A stretch of 64,000 nucleotides of DNA, taken from contig CATNEN010000038.1 of assembly GCA_950097015.1 (NCBI GenBank), positions 29,450,001 to 29,514,000 on the forward strand, written 5' to 3'. Below, piece after piece: positions 50,325 to 63,011 of this stretch. The DNA is from Macrostomum hystrix. Taxonomy: Eukaryota > Animalia > Platyhelminthes. The translations under genes and the position numbers were made by a program. The notes below the pieces were generated by a model, which saw only the letters and a program-made list of their open reading frames with translations, ran no database searches and was not told the origin of the DNA. Numbering within the stretch: the first letter of the stretch is position 1; every line of letters starts with the position of its first letter.

Positions 50325-53300
50325 ATGATAAAGTTCGCCAGATCTTCTTCTTTGTCCGACCTAACTTTCGGCGATGATCAAAGCGAAGGAGCGCCGTGCC
50401 AGTTGAACGCTGCATCGGCCAGCCATCAGGCCAAGGAGTACAGGCCAAAGAGTCACCTCAGGCCGGCGCAGGCGCAGGAGAGCGACTATGTGTGCAGCTC
50501 GGAGCTTGGCTTTGGTGGCCACATGATATCTAACAAAGTTATGAAAGCGAAGAAAACACTCCACGCCAAGGAACAGCAGCAGGAGAAGCCGCTTCAGTCC
50601 ATATTGAAGAAGAGCACCTCATCCCAGGTGCTAATGCAGTCCGATAGCAGACTAATTCAGCAGCAGCAGCAGCAGGATCAAGTCTACAGTGTACAGCACA
50701 GTTCCAAGAGCACATCGAAAGCCTACGCCCAACAAGTACGCGGGCAGCAGGAATCTCCAAAGAAGGAAGCGGCATCAGGCAAGCAGTACTTTGTTCTGGA
50801 CACAAGCGTTTCTAGCCACTTGACAAAACAACAGCAGCAGAGTGTTCTGCAGCACAAGCAGAATCTGGGCCATCTTTCCAAGTCAACAGCTAATGTGGCT
50901 CAGATATCTCGGCATAGGAAGGTCATTCAGGAGGACACTTATCAGCCGATTGTGAAAGCTATCGAGATTAAACAGGGCAAGCTGTTTGTTGAAACCACGC
51001 CGATGTCCCAATCGTCGTCGTCCAGTGTGAAACGATCTGGCAGCAATGAGAGCAGCTCGTCCTGTTCGCTGCACCGAAGATCTCGGGTGCAGAAGAGGCC
51101 CAGCTTTGGCAGTACATTTGTGGAAGTGACGAAAGAAGATCCGAGCGTTGATAGCAGGGCTCGAGCGCATGCACAGCTGGCTGGTACCTACAAGGTGGTG
51201 GCCGACCCGGGAGTCAAGTCCGTCAGCAAGGCAGCAGATTATGCTTTCATTTCCGACGCTCAGCTTAAGCAGCATCGGCTACTATCAGCAGGTGGCGACT
51301 ATACAACACTACCAAAGAAGCCGCATCAGCAGCATCACCACTCGAGACAATCGAGCGATGCTTCTTATCAAAGCCAGCAGGCCATGTCGGACCATACGCA
51401 ATCGTCACACGATACTTTTGGCAGGAGAATTCCAATTAGAATGGTGTCAAACTCGGAGTCTGGAAGGTATGTTGACCCTAGCGCTGACGACAGCATGTCA
51501 ATCGACATCGACAGGGCGTCAGATGTGAACTCGTCGCTGTACTCGGATCCCGTCGGATCCAGCTGCGGTCCGAGCGCCAGCCAGGTCGCCGCAAAGCCGC
51601 CAAAGTCGATTCTGAAGAAGCCAAAGTCAAAAGAGGTGCACCAGCAGCAGTTAGCTAGGAATAAGTCCAGCGATTTTATCTTTAGATACGAGAACCCGAC
51701 ACTGATAGCCACATTCGACGCAGTGCAAGATGTCAAAGTTAGACCAAAGAATCAATCGACAATTCCTACTTTTGAACAGGAAAATTTGAAGGCAAAAATG
51801 CACAGATATTTTAGTTATGATGAGCTCAACAGCATTGGCCTGGGTGTCAACAATGAGACGGATGGGGAATCCGTCACGGCGTTCCATCATGCTAAGGTAA
51901 GTATAGATGCTGCCGTGGTTGAGGTTGGCCCATGGCTATGTGTGTACTTGTCCTGCGTGTCGTAATGGGTTATGTATGAGGTAAACCTAATCAGTTATTA
52001 GTAAGACGGCTGTTTTGTGCATAGATACCTATATTATGGCTTATAATATTTATTATTGAGTGTTGTCAGCACTTTAATAAAGTTCTACTATCTAATTTTG
52101 CTGTCTCACATAACATAAAATATTTAAAGTTGACTTTGCGAAGTTTGTAAAACTGGCGTCCGCACTTTCCCCTTTGGTGGGAGGTAATTTCGTTGTTTTA
52201 GCTATTACGAGCTATTTTAGCTATAATCCTTAACCTTTGTATCAAAGCATTTATTACCCTGCAAAACCTCCTTATTGGACATGGGAATTAACAACTTGCT
52301 AGCTATAAACTTACCTACATTCACTTGGGAGGTGATGTAAGGATCGGATGTAAAGTAGGGTGAGTGTTAGAGCTCTGAACTCATGCGCCTCTCTTACCAA
52401 GGTCCCTGAGCTTGATTACGCGGCGACGCCACATTCTTTTGAGACGCAGCAGCACAGCAAAAGCTTGGGGGCTTGTCGTGCAATTTACGCTCCCCAGGGC
52501 CAACCTCCAAGGCGCAGTGAGAGTGTACACTGCCAGACGATGAGAAAGTCAGGGCAGATGTACACACCTGTGCGATCGTTGTTAAAGCCGCAGCAAACTG
52601 AAATCTGCGCACTAAAATAAAATGAAACAACGTGCGCAGATTGAGAGAGACGAAAGAATTTTGAGAGAGTTAAGGCAGGTTACACTCCTTAGGAATTAAG
52701 AGAAGAAAAATCTTTAGAAAAACTTCGATTGCTTGGTTCTAAGTATACCACATAGCATAAATGAATGTGCATTTTGCATAAAGCAGCGTGCATAATTTTG
52801 TTTCATACTTTCTACCTCCACATTCGACGCGCTAGCTGAACAGACAGGTATATATAATTGTGCGCACTATTTCGAGGCAATATTAATGGGCTCTAAAACA
52901 AATTTTCTCGCCTAAACAAAAATTTTTTCGCTAGTCAATTCTCCCAGTGTCACTTTTTCGTAAGTTAATGCCGGAAAATGTGCTTTGACCTCAGTATTTA
53001 TGTAGGAAACATTTTTCAAAACGTCAGTGCCAAAACTGGATAGCTGCACTATGCCTGCGTCCATTCTTATCTATTTAAGAGTTGGCGTTTATAAGGGCAG
53101 AGAAAGTGACGGAGCAAGTATTTGTAAAGTTATTTAGTTTTGCCAATTTTTCTTTCAGACACCGTCTAATTCTGTCAGCGATTCCGGTGTCTCATCGCTG
53201 GCCACGCCTCGTAGCAACAACACCAACTGCAACAGCAATACAGGAGCTGTCAATGAGAGCGCTCTGACAACAATGACGGAGCAACAGCAGCAACAGCAGC

Positions 53301-56300
53301 AGCAGGCTACCACAGTCTATATTCGCATCGCTGTACCCGAAGTGAATCGACAAAAATGCTTACAATTTCAACTAGGCGACAGTGTGCACCTGGCCAAGCA
53401 GATGGTGCTGGTTGAGCTGGGATCCGATCTCAAGGATCCCTGGAACTACGGGCTGTACTGTCCCCCGACAAGCGGCAAAGCCGGCAAATTTCTGCAGGAG
53501 GAGCGACCGATGAAAGACTATCCGTTGGCTGGCCCAATCGGATACCTTGAGGTGAGCCAAAGGCGTTGATTTCATCAACTATTGATTGATCATGAAATCG
53601 ATAAGATGGAATAGCTTATCATTCCATTTCATGATTGATTATTTATTGATCCCTTTTACGATCGATTACCAATCGATCCATTCAATTACTATATCTTTCT
53701 TTCCGATCGATAACGTATCGATCAATTTAGTTCGCTATGGCTTTTTGGATTGATTTTACAGTCGGATAGTTATTTGCCTGTTTTACAATTTTCTTGGAGA
53801 CATTCTATTCAATAACTTATTATTTATAATCAATGACTAATCGATTTATTTGTGAACTAAAACATACCCATTCGTGTTTTATTTGTGGATCGACTTGTAC
53901 TAGATCGCCAACAGATAAAGTGATGCAGATTATATTTCCAGCAAATAATTGTTTCCCATGCAAACAACTAATTTATATCTCAAAAGCACCTGACATCAAA
54001 GCTACTGCCCTAGCAACTATAAAAACCCGGGAGCCATATAAGGGCGACCACGCCCGGCTTCCATGGCTGTTTGTTTAGCCAAGAGGGACTCAGAGAGGGA
54101 AAACGACACGGTAGGGTAATGAAATAGTACTTTGTAGACGCACTCCCTCGCCCAGTCACTGTAATCACAAAAACTGGTTTTAACAAGTTCATTTTGAGCA
54201 GTTAATTTTCATATTTTATCAGCCTTGTATTTACTTGAGTTATAGAATGCTTTTTGAGGAATATTAGTAACCAAACTCAACTTCTATAACTTGCGCCATG
54301 AAAAATAGCACGGCAGGCATACAATCATAGCATTTCTATAAATGTTAATGATGAAGCCAAATGATTCCCTTCCCTACAATTCTTAGCTGTCTCATTTCCT
54401 GTTTTGTCATGACACTGCACGCGAAAGGCAGGGCTTTTGGAATTGGGAGTACATTTTGGGGATTTTACAATTCCCTTCTAACCCTTCCCCTAGCGGCTCA
54501 TAGCATTAGGATTCGCTTAGGCCTGAGAGCTGTCGTTCTTGTTACTATTTTTAGAAACAAGACGATTTTCGTCCCAGTTTTCTCCTTCTCTGTGCCAAAA
54601 AATTATCCACTCCACTTGACAATGTAATTTTAATTAACCTAGTTTTAGGGTTTAATAAAATTAATATGACGATCGTTTAATACACATACACCTAACACAA
54701 ACACATTTTTTATTTCAGCTAAAATACAAGCGCAGAATTTATCGAACCCAGGCGGTTAACGCCGCCAAACTGAAGAAGTTGCATACCAGGGTGAGTTTAA
54801 CAGAAAAAATAGTGAACGAATAAATCTGTGCGTTTCATAATAGGCAAGGCAAATCGCCTTTGATAAACGTTAGCCGTTAGCAGAGCAGAGCCTTGTTACT
54901 AAAAATAGCAACACGATGAGTCAGCACATGTATAGGCGAAGGCTGCAGCTCCGCCGTGGCTCAGGAAACAGCGTTTTTTTAGAATTCTATGCAGTACAGG
55001 CTAGGGCTGCTTTTTACAGCTCAAATGGCTCAGCATGAGTGCGCATGAGCTGCGTATTTTTTTTCTATTTCTCTACCCTCACCCCACCGACACTCTGGCT
55101 TCTACCAAGCATTTTAGCGGGCAGGTAGCCTGGGCGAGAGAAAGGATGACTTGCGCGCGTAGGGATGTGTCCTGCGATTTGGGAATTAATGGCTTGGCAA
55201 CCAAAAGTTTTATTTGCAAAGTTCATCTGCAACTTAAAGATAAAAACACTCATCTGTGCTCATAAAAAATTAATAATGAAATAATAGACCTTAAAAATCT
55301 CATACGTTTACGTTCTCAATATCTCCCTCATCCACTCTCCCAATCTCACCCTTGTCTACTCTCCCAATCTCACCCTTGTCTACTCTCCCAATCTCACCCT
55401 TGTCTACTCTCCCAATCTCTCCCTTGTCTACTCTCCCAATCTCACCCTTGTCTACTCTCCCAATCTCACCCTTGTCTAGTCTCCCAATCTCACCCTTGTC
55501 TACTCTCCCAATCTCTCCCTTGTCTACTCTCCCAATCTCACTCTTGTCTAGTCTCCCAATCTCACCCTTGTCTACTCCCCAAATCTCACCCTTGTCTACT
55601 CTCCCAATCTCACCCTTGTCTAGTCTCCCAATCTCACCCTTGTCTACTCCCCAAATCTCACTCTTGTCTAGTCTCCCAATCTCTCCCTTGTCTACTCTCC
55701 CAATCTCACCCTTGTCTACTCTCCCAATCTCTCCCTTGTCTAGTCTCCAAATCTCATATTGGTCTACTCTCCCAATCTCTCCCTTGTCTACTCTCCCAAT
55801 CTCATCCTCGTTATAAATAAGAGTATTTGATGGCTAAATTAATCAGGAGATTGTTTGGAATTTGTAAATACAATAGTACGTGTGTACACAACAATTTAAT
55901 TACTTTGTTCAAAATTTAATTATTAAATTTTAGAGCTATCTCAAGCAGTTTCTCGACTACGTGCGCCAAGGCGACACAACCCGAGTGAACAAATGGGTCA
56001 ACAAAGGTCTAGACCCGAATTTTCATTGCAAAGAGACTGGCGGTAAGAATCTTAACTGCTTGCAGATCGAATGTAAATTATTTAACTCGATGTAAAATTC
56101 TAACTATAGGTGCAACACACTAGGCCGTATAATAGCCATATAATACTAAGTTACTGCCTTGACGTAGGCTAACAGTATTCTATTTCACAGCCATACATTC
56201 AGTCTCATTCATTAGCATAAATTTACGCCTGACTAGGCTAATAGAGTAAAAAAAGACAGGCTTTCAAAGCTCGAAGTGTTCACTTCCTGTTTCTATAATT

Positions 56301-58116
56301 TCTATAAGCTAGCTTTATTTAAGCTTGGGATTTATTGAAGGAAGCATCTCATGAAGGAATTAGTATTATTATTAAAACGCGCACACCATCTATATACGAG
56401 TAAAAAGCGAAGTTTTGTAGGATTCAACTATTGAGCTGGGAAGGGAAAAGCAAAGGTATTAAAAATAAGAGCAGTAAAAACACAAGGAATGTACAAGTAG
56501 CTTGATGATTCAGTAATTTATCTAGTAAGTCAGCCAATAGGTTATTCATTTATGTTTATATGTAGCGCTTCATTTTTGATTGGCTGATTCAAGTCAATAG
56601 ATTTCTAAAAATAGCAACAGAAGTATTCTCTCTAAGCCAATCAAAACCGGCGAACATATATGCGGTTCAGGGGGGGGCTTATTTGCTAGTCGGTATCACT
56701 AAACCCGACGACGACGTTTCAGACACTCCTCTGACCATCTCCGTGTCCCTGCCGAAGCCACGGGCAATGATCATGGCCCTGTGCGCCGGTGGCGCCCATC
56801 TGGACTTTCGCGACTCCAAGGACGCCATGACCCCATTGCACAAGGCCGCTATCTATGGCAACTTGGAGGCCATCATTGTGAGTCATATTTAAGTTTTCAC
56901 TAGACGAAAAAAATCATTTTAAAGACAATTTACTAATTTTCTACTATCAATTGCAGACACTTCTGGATCTGGGTCAATCGCCTAATTGTGTTGATCCACG
57001 AGGCTTGACTCCGCTCTATTACACAACCATTCACGATACGCGAGCCAATTGTGCCGAAAGACTACTGTATGACCACAGCATTCTGGGTGTCTGCGACGAT
57101 CAGGGACTGCAGGAAATTCATCAGGTGATTTATCATTCGCTTTCCTGCTTTTACACCACCATTTTCCACTCTTCTAGCTTCCACTCTTCCAGCTTCCACT
57201 GTTCCAGCTTCCACTGTTCCAGCTTCCACTGTTCCAGCTTCCACTCTTCTAGCTTCCACTCTTCTAGCTTCCACTCTTCTAGCTTCCACTCTTTCAGCTT
57301 CCACTCTTCTAGCTTCCAATCTTCCAGCTTCCACTCTTCTATCTTCCACTCTTCTAACTTCCACTCTTTTTAGCTTCCACTCTTCTAGCTTCCACTCTTC
57401 TAGCTTCCAATCTTTCAGCTTCCACTCTTCTAGCTTCCACTCTTCTAGCTTCCACTCTTCTAGCTTCCAATCTTTCAGGGTTCCACTCTTCCAGCTTCCA
57501 CTCTTCCACTTTTTCAGCTTCCACTCTTCCGGCCTCCACTCTTCCAGCTTCCACTCTTCCGGCCTCCACTCTTTCAGCTTCCACTCTTCCGGCCTCCACT
57601 CTTCCAGCTTCCACTCTTCCGGCCTCCACTCTTCCAGCTTCCACTCTTCTAGCTTCCACTCTTCCAGCTTCCATTCTTCTAGCTTCGAAAATTTCAGGGT
57701 TCCACTCTTCCAGCTTCTAATCTTCTAGCTTCTAATCTTCTAGTACTCGAGTCTATAAAGTTTTCCAGTTCAGCTTGAAAATTTCAATTCGAAACGGACC
57801 ACCTTCCACCGCAGGCCTGCAAGTTTGGGCGGCTGCAGCATCTGCACTGTCTAATAAATTATGGCGCCGATTTAAATGCGACCACAAAAAATGGCAACAC
57901 GCCTTTGCACATCTGCGGATTCATGAATCAGGTGAGCTTTGTGTTCTAAAGTGCCTAGTTCTAAAATGTCTAGTAGCTTTTTTGGCTGAGCAGTAAAAGT
58001 AAAACCAGTAAAAGTACTACTGCTTCTACTACTACTACTACTGCTACTACTACTACTACTTCTACTACTACTATTACTACTACTGCTACTACTACTACTA
58101 CTTCTACTACTACTAT

Positions 58117-58167
<51 letters not shown>

Positions 58168-61100
58168 TACTACTATTACTATTTCAGACCGAGTGTGCCA
58201 AGCTGCTGCTGTTCCGCGGAGCCGACCGCTCCAGGCCGAACCAGCAGGAGCAAACGGCTTATCAAGTCGCCATTGTCGCCTGTCACGAAGCCGTCGCCGA
58301 AGTGATTCGCGACTTCAAAGACTCCGACGCTGTGCCGATTCGTGACGCGCCAAAGTTCAACACCGGCCGTCGGTCCAGCATCCCGACTCTGCGCAATCAA
58401 CGCTGGGGCTCCATGACAAACCTGGGCGGCGGCCCTGACGGTCAGGGTGGCGTCCAAGCGCAGATGATGATGCGCCGAATGCAGCTTGGCCAGACCTCCG
58501 TGCCGGCAACTCTTGGCGCGGCCGCGTCGGAGTCAGTCGGCTGCCTCGTGGCGGCGTCGGCTAGCGCTGAAGGCGCCAGCTTCGGCCTAGGTCTTCCGCG
58601 CCGAGGCATGGGTGAGTTGAGTCGTCACCCTCGTCTACTCTCCCAATCTCTCCCTCGTCTATTCTCCTAATCTCACCCTCGCCTACTCTCCTAATCTCAC
58701 CCTTGTCTACTCTCCTAATCTCACCCTCGCCTACTCTCCCAATCTCACCCTTGTCTACTCTCCTAATCTCACCCTCGCCTACTCTCCCAATCTCACCCTC
58801 GCCTACTCTCCCAATCTCACCCTCGCCTACTCTCCCAATCTCACCCTCGCCTACTCTCCCAATCTAACCCTCGTCTACTCTCCCAATCTCACCCAGGGGG
58901 TCTCCTAAGGTCAGTAGATCAAGCAGAGATTGTCGGCGAGAATTCCGTATTTTACAATCTTGGCTAAAGAGAGAAGTGAAACATTTTATCGCAGAAAAAC
59001 GCAGCACTATCGTCACGCATATAATAGATATAGCACTTCAATGCAATAGTGTTAGATTAGGCCGATAGCGCAATGGGTGAGAATTCTATAATGCCAGCTG
59101 TTAAAAATGTTGCGAGAAAAAAATAGTTACTGAAGAAACAAAAAATGGATTCTTCTCATAAGTATTCAGAAGGCAAACGAGCTATGGAAGATTTCCTCTT
59201 TTGCCAAGCTAAATTACTTCTTTGAGAAACTCACTCACTCACGCAAGCATGCTAGTATAAACTATTTTATTTCAAGAATGACGACTGAATGAATGAGTCA
59301 GCAAATTAGAACTGTTAAATCATTTCATACAAAGGTACGCACTTAACATTATTTAAAAGTGCTAATAAAATTTCTGTAATGATTTGTCTCAAGACTAGAT
59401 TTGAAAAGACATCTGAAACCAATTAAGCAAGTTTTACAGCCTGTGTACACTAGTTCAGTCCATGGACTGAGCAGCCGTATGCAGTCATTATCTCGCCAAT
59501 TAGTATTTCGGTTTGAACAAGTTGCCAAACGCTTCTAATCTATGTAATCTTGGCTTATAATAGTCTGGATACGTACGGAATGTGTGGCAATGTAAGTAAT
59601 AGTGTTTATAAAATATGGTCGATGAGTCATGCACAAAACTCTACACTGCAACTGGCCTATGCTCAACCTGAGCTGCTCTTTCTGTTTAGCCTAACAGTTG
59701 GCTCTGCCTCGACTGTATGTCGAGGGTAGCATTATGCTTAGTGAAGGTTTGGAGAACCTACTCATGTGTGGCGTAGGTATTTGCTAGTCCAATCCAAGCA
59801 CTGATAGCACCCGTTTGCCAGTTTTCATTCTTCTAATCTTCCTATTCTTCTTCAACGGAAGCTGAGAGTATTGTGCGCTGTCTGCTATTGCTCGCAATAT
59901 TTACACAACTCTGAACTCCGCACACACAAATCATCCACCAAGCATAGCTTTGGCTTTGATTTTGAATAATTGATTGTTAAACGTGTACATCCACACTGAT
60001 AGTGCATAGTGTCTACACATAAATTTAATCTTATTGAACTATTGAAAAACAAATGTATTCGCTAAGCTACATACAAAGGCTGTGTACATATGTTCAGTCC
60101 ATGGACAGAAGAACCGCCACTTCTATTAGTTTACTTTAGTGCTTTAATTTTAAATAAAACAAAACAGCGCATTAGTAAAAACTTACATTTAAAGCATGAC
60201 TCAGTGTGTTCAAGCTCATCTATGTGTTTACTCATCTTGTCTCGCCCACACACCTACGCGCCTAGAAAGACTCATTTTGTCTCTTAATTTCATCTACTTC
60301 CATTCAAAGACAAGATTACTCATTCATTGAAGATGCGAGCTATTGTGGCTAACTAAAAATGTGTCAATTCATTTAATGAACTTAATTTTCTAATTGCTAG
60401 AAAAAAAAATTTTTTCAGTTTCTGACCAAACATTTGTGGATAATCGTCAGTCACTCCTATTAACAGGGTAAGTAGTGTTTTTACGACATTTTAACAGTAA
60501 ATGCAAATCAAATTTAACTAGAACTGTTAGACAATCACTGAAACTGTTAGACAATCACTGAAACTGTTAGACAATCTCTGGAACTGTTAGACAATCTCTG
60601 GAACTGTTAGACAATCTCTGGAACTGTTAGACAATCTCTGGAACTGTTAGACAATCTCTGGAACTGTTAGACAATCTCTGGAACTGTTAGACAATCTCTG
60701 GAACTGTTAGACAATCTCTGGAACTGTTAGATAAGCCTGTTTAACAACTCCAAACCGTCAGCAGCAGTCAGCAGCTTCAGGACCAGCCAGCTGACGCCAG
60801 CTTTGTCAGCCACGACACTCGCACGGTTGTCCTGCAGCGTGGCGGTCGCGGCTTCGGCTTTGTACTTCGCGGCGCCAAAACTGGCAGAAACTCGTCGGCG
60901 TCTGCCGACTCAGCCGTGCCGGACTTTCGCCCCAGTCTGGCCATACCCGGACTGCAGTACCTGGACGAAGTTGAAACAGGTTCGCCAGCTTACAGAGCCG
61001 GTCTGCGTAGGGGAGACTACATCGTGTCCATCAACGACACCGATGTCAGAACGGCTAGTCACGAAAACTGCGTCCGATTAATCAGAGAGTCGCCCGGCGA

Positions 61101-62980
61101 AATACTCGCCCTGAAGGTGGTGACGGTGATTGGATCGAGCGCCGTTAATACATTGGGCGATCGGCGAGGGTCGATTACATCGACTTCACGCGTTTCAACT
61201 GGTAAATTAAATATTTTTTAAAGCAAAAACTCTCATCAAATTATACTTAAAGTAGCTTAATTCGACTATATAACAGCTAGCTCTAATTGAAATAAAAAAT
61301 TCGGTTTTAGCACATGCCGCCATCGCTAAAGAGGTATTTAGATCTTTCAAAAAAACAAGCCTTGTATTTAGACTCTTTCCCATATTTATTAACTATGAAA
61401 CCATAATTTCTTGGCCATGGCGACACAATAAACTTTGGATTGGAGCTGCACTTGAGTACAAATTCCTTCTTCTGTGCTAGTAGTATAATTACCGTTCCTA
61501 AGTATAGGCATTTCCTGGTCGAAGTTCTTCAACTGCATGCTTCTAAATATTTTATGAACTTAAACTGAATAAAACTATTCGTCTGGAAAATATTAGATAA
61601 ACATAATTATTCAACTAACAAGAGGCAATGTAGGAGCTACTATGAAATGCCATTTGTCAGAATTATTGACGCTTGAATAAGTAGCAATTTTCTTAGACTC
61701 GTCGTCGTTTTGAAAAAAAATCTTTCTTGGAATTATTTTAGAAAATAATGATTTTCGTGACAAAGTTATTTTTCTAAGAAACTTCATTGTTTCAGAACTT
61801 CTTCACCTAAAATATTTGTTTTTTAAGAAACTTTGCTTATTAAGTAGCTTCGATCTCAAGAAAAATGTCTTCTAAAAAGCTTCTTTGTTTTCGAAGGCGC
61901 TTCGTTTAAAAGACACTTTCTAAGAAACTTCGTTTTCCAAGAAATTTCGTTTTCACGGAAGCTTCGGGTTCTAAAGATTTTTTTTCAAGACACTTCGTTA
62001 TAAGAAAAAGATTAAATTGCTATGCATCACACAAAAATATCTGTCTGCGTCTCAATCTACCCTCGTGGGAATTCGTCGACCCGCTCTGAACGGTGATGCG
62101 CATACGGCAGGTCCAGAGTCGTTTATAACCAAGGCCGAGTAATTGCACCAGGCCATCCTATTTGCGCCGAGCCCATGAGACTTTGCACAAAAAATCGGTT
62201 TGCTTTTTTATTTAAGACAAATACCGGCATACAAAATTGCTTTCCAAAAAACCTTCACAGATCACGTGGATCATGACGCAGTATCGCTCAGCGGGTCATC
62301 CGTAGCGGATCAGTCGCAAATTGGGGTTGCTTTTCCTTATCGCGTGGCCACGGTGCATAGTCCCAAGACTCTTTCCCAGCAGCAGCAGCAGCATCTGCCT
62401 CCGTCCATTTCAACGGCGCCAAAAATGTACGAAGACGATGCCGATATTCGACGAAAACTGCACCAGAACTTGTCTAGCAGCGGTGGCAGCTCCACCGGAT
62501 TGCAGTCTGCGTCCAAGCTTGAATCCAGCAGTGGCAGCGTTGTATCGACATCTTCCTCTATAGCCGGTGTCTCCAGCTTCTTCAATTCCTCTGGCACTTC
62601 ATCAACTGGTCATCGGGCGACGAAGCCGGCAGCGCCGCCGCCACCGACTCGCGCTGTGCCAATCCCTGCGGCTGCAGCAGCTGCCGCAGCCGCCGTAGCC
62701 GCCGCAGCAGCAGCTTCAACAAATGGCGGTCGAAAATCGCCGCCTCTTCCGCCTCCGCCACCGCCACCACCGCCGCCGTCGTCTTCTCAAGCCAGTCCGC
62801 CTTTGCCATCGCCGCCGTCAGTTCAACTGCCTGAGGTTATCATCTTGAGTCACACCGGCGCCAATGGAAATATCGACGACAGCGGCAGTGTGAGCTCGGA
62901 GGACCTGACTCCGGAATGGTCGTCGACGCCACAGAAGGCGCCACAGCAGCAGACATCATCGCCGGCGCCGCCTGCGCCTC

Positions 62981-63011
<31 letters not shown>

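Noticed and set aside
55352-57674. Repetitive ORFs (STLPISPL)n, (FHSSS)n and (VEAGR)n
   Set aside because: Translations of intronic 24-bp and 15-bp minisatellites.
59698-59725. Alternative Shank micro-exon
   Set aside because: The phases fit but the donor (GTAGCA) is weak; exon 60419-60467 has much stronger sites.
6981-60205. Recurring AP-1-like TGACTCA sites
   Set aside because: About nine were seen, close to the chance expectation for 64 kb.
2000-60732. CRISPR-like appearance of the 24-34-bp repeats
   Set aside because: Head-to-tail units without unique spacers, no cas genes, and a eukaryotic context.
61700-62020. Degenerate TCTAAGAAACTTCG-type repeats (similar at 18540-18800)
   Set aside because: Too decayed to define a unit or a family.
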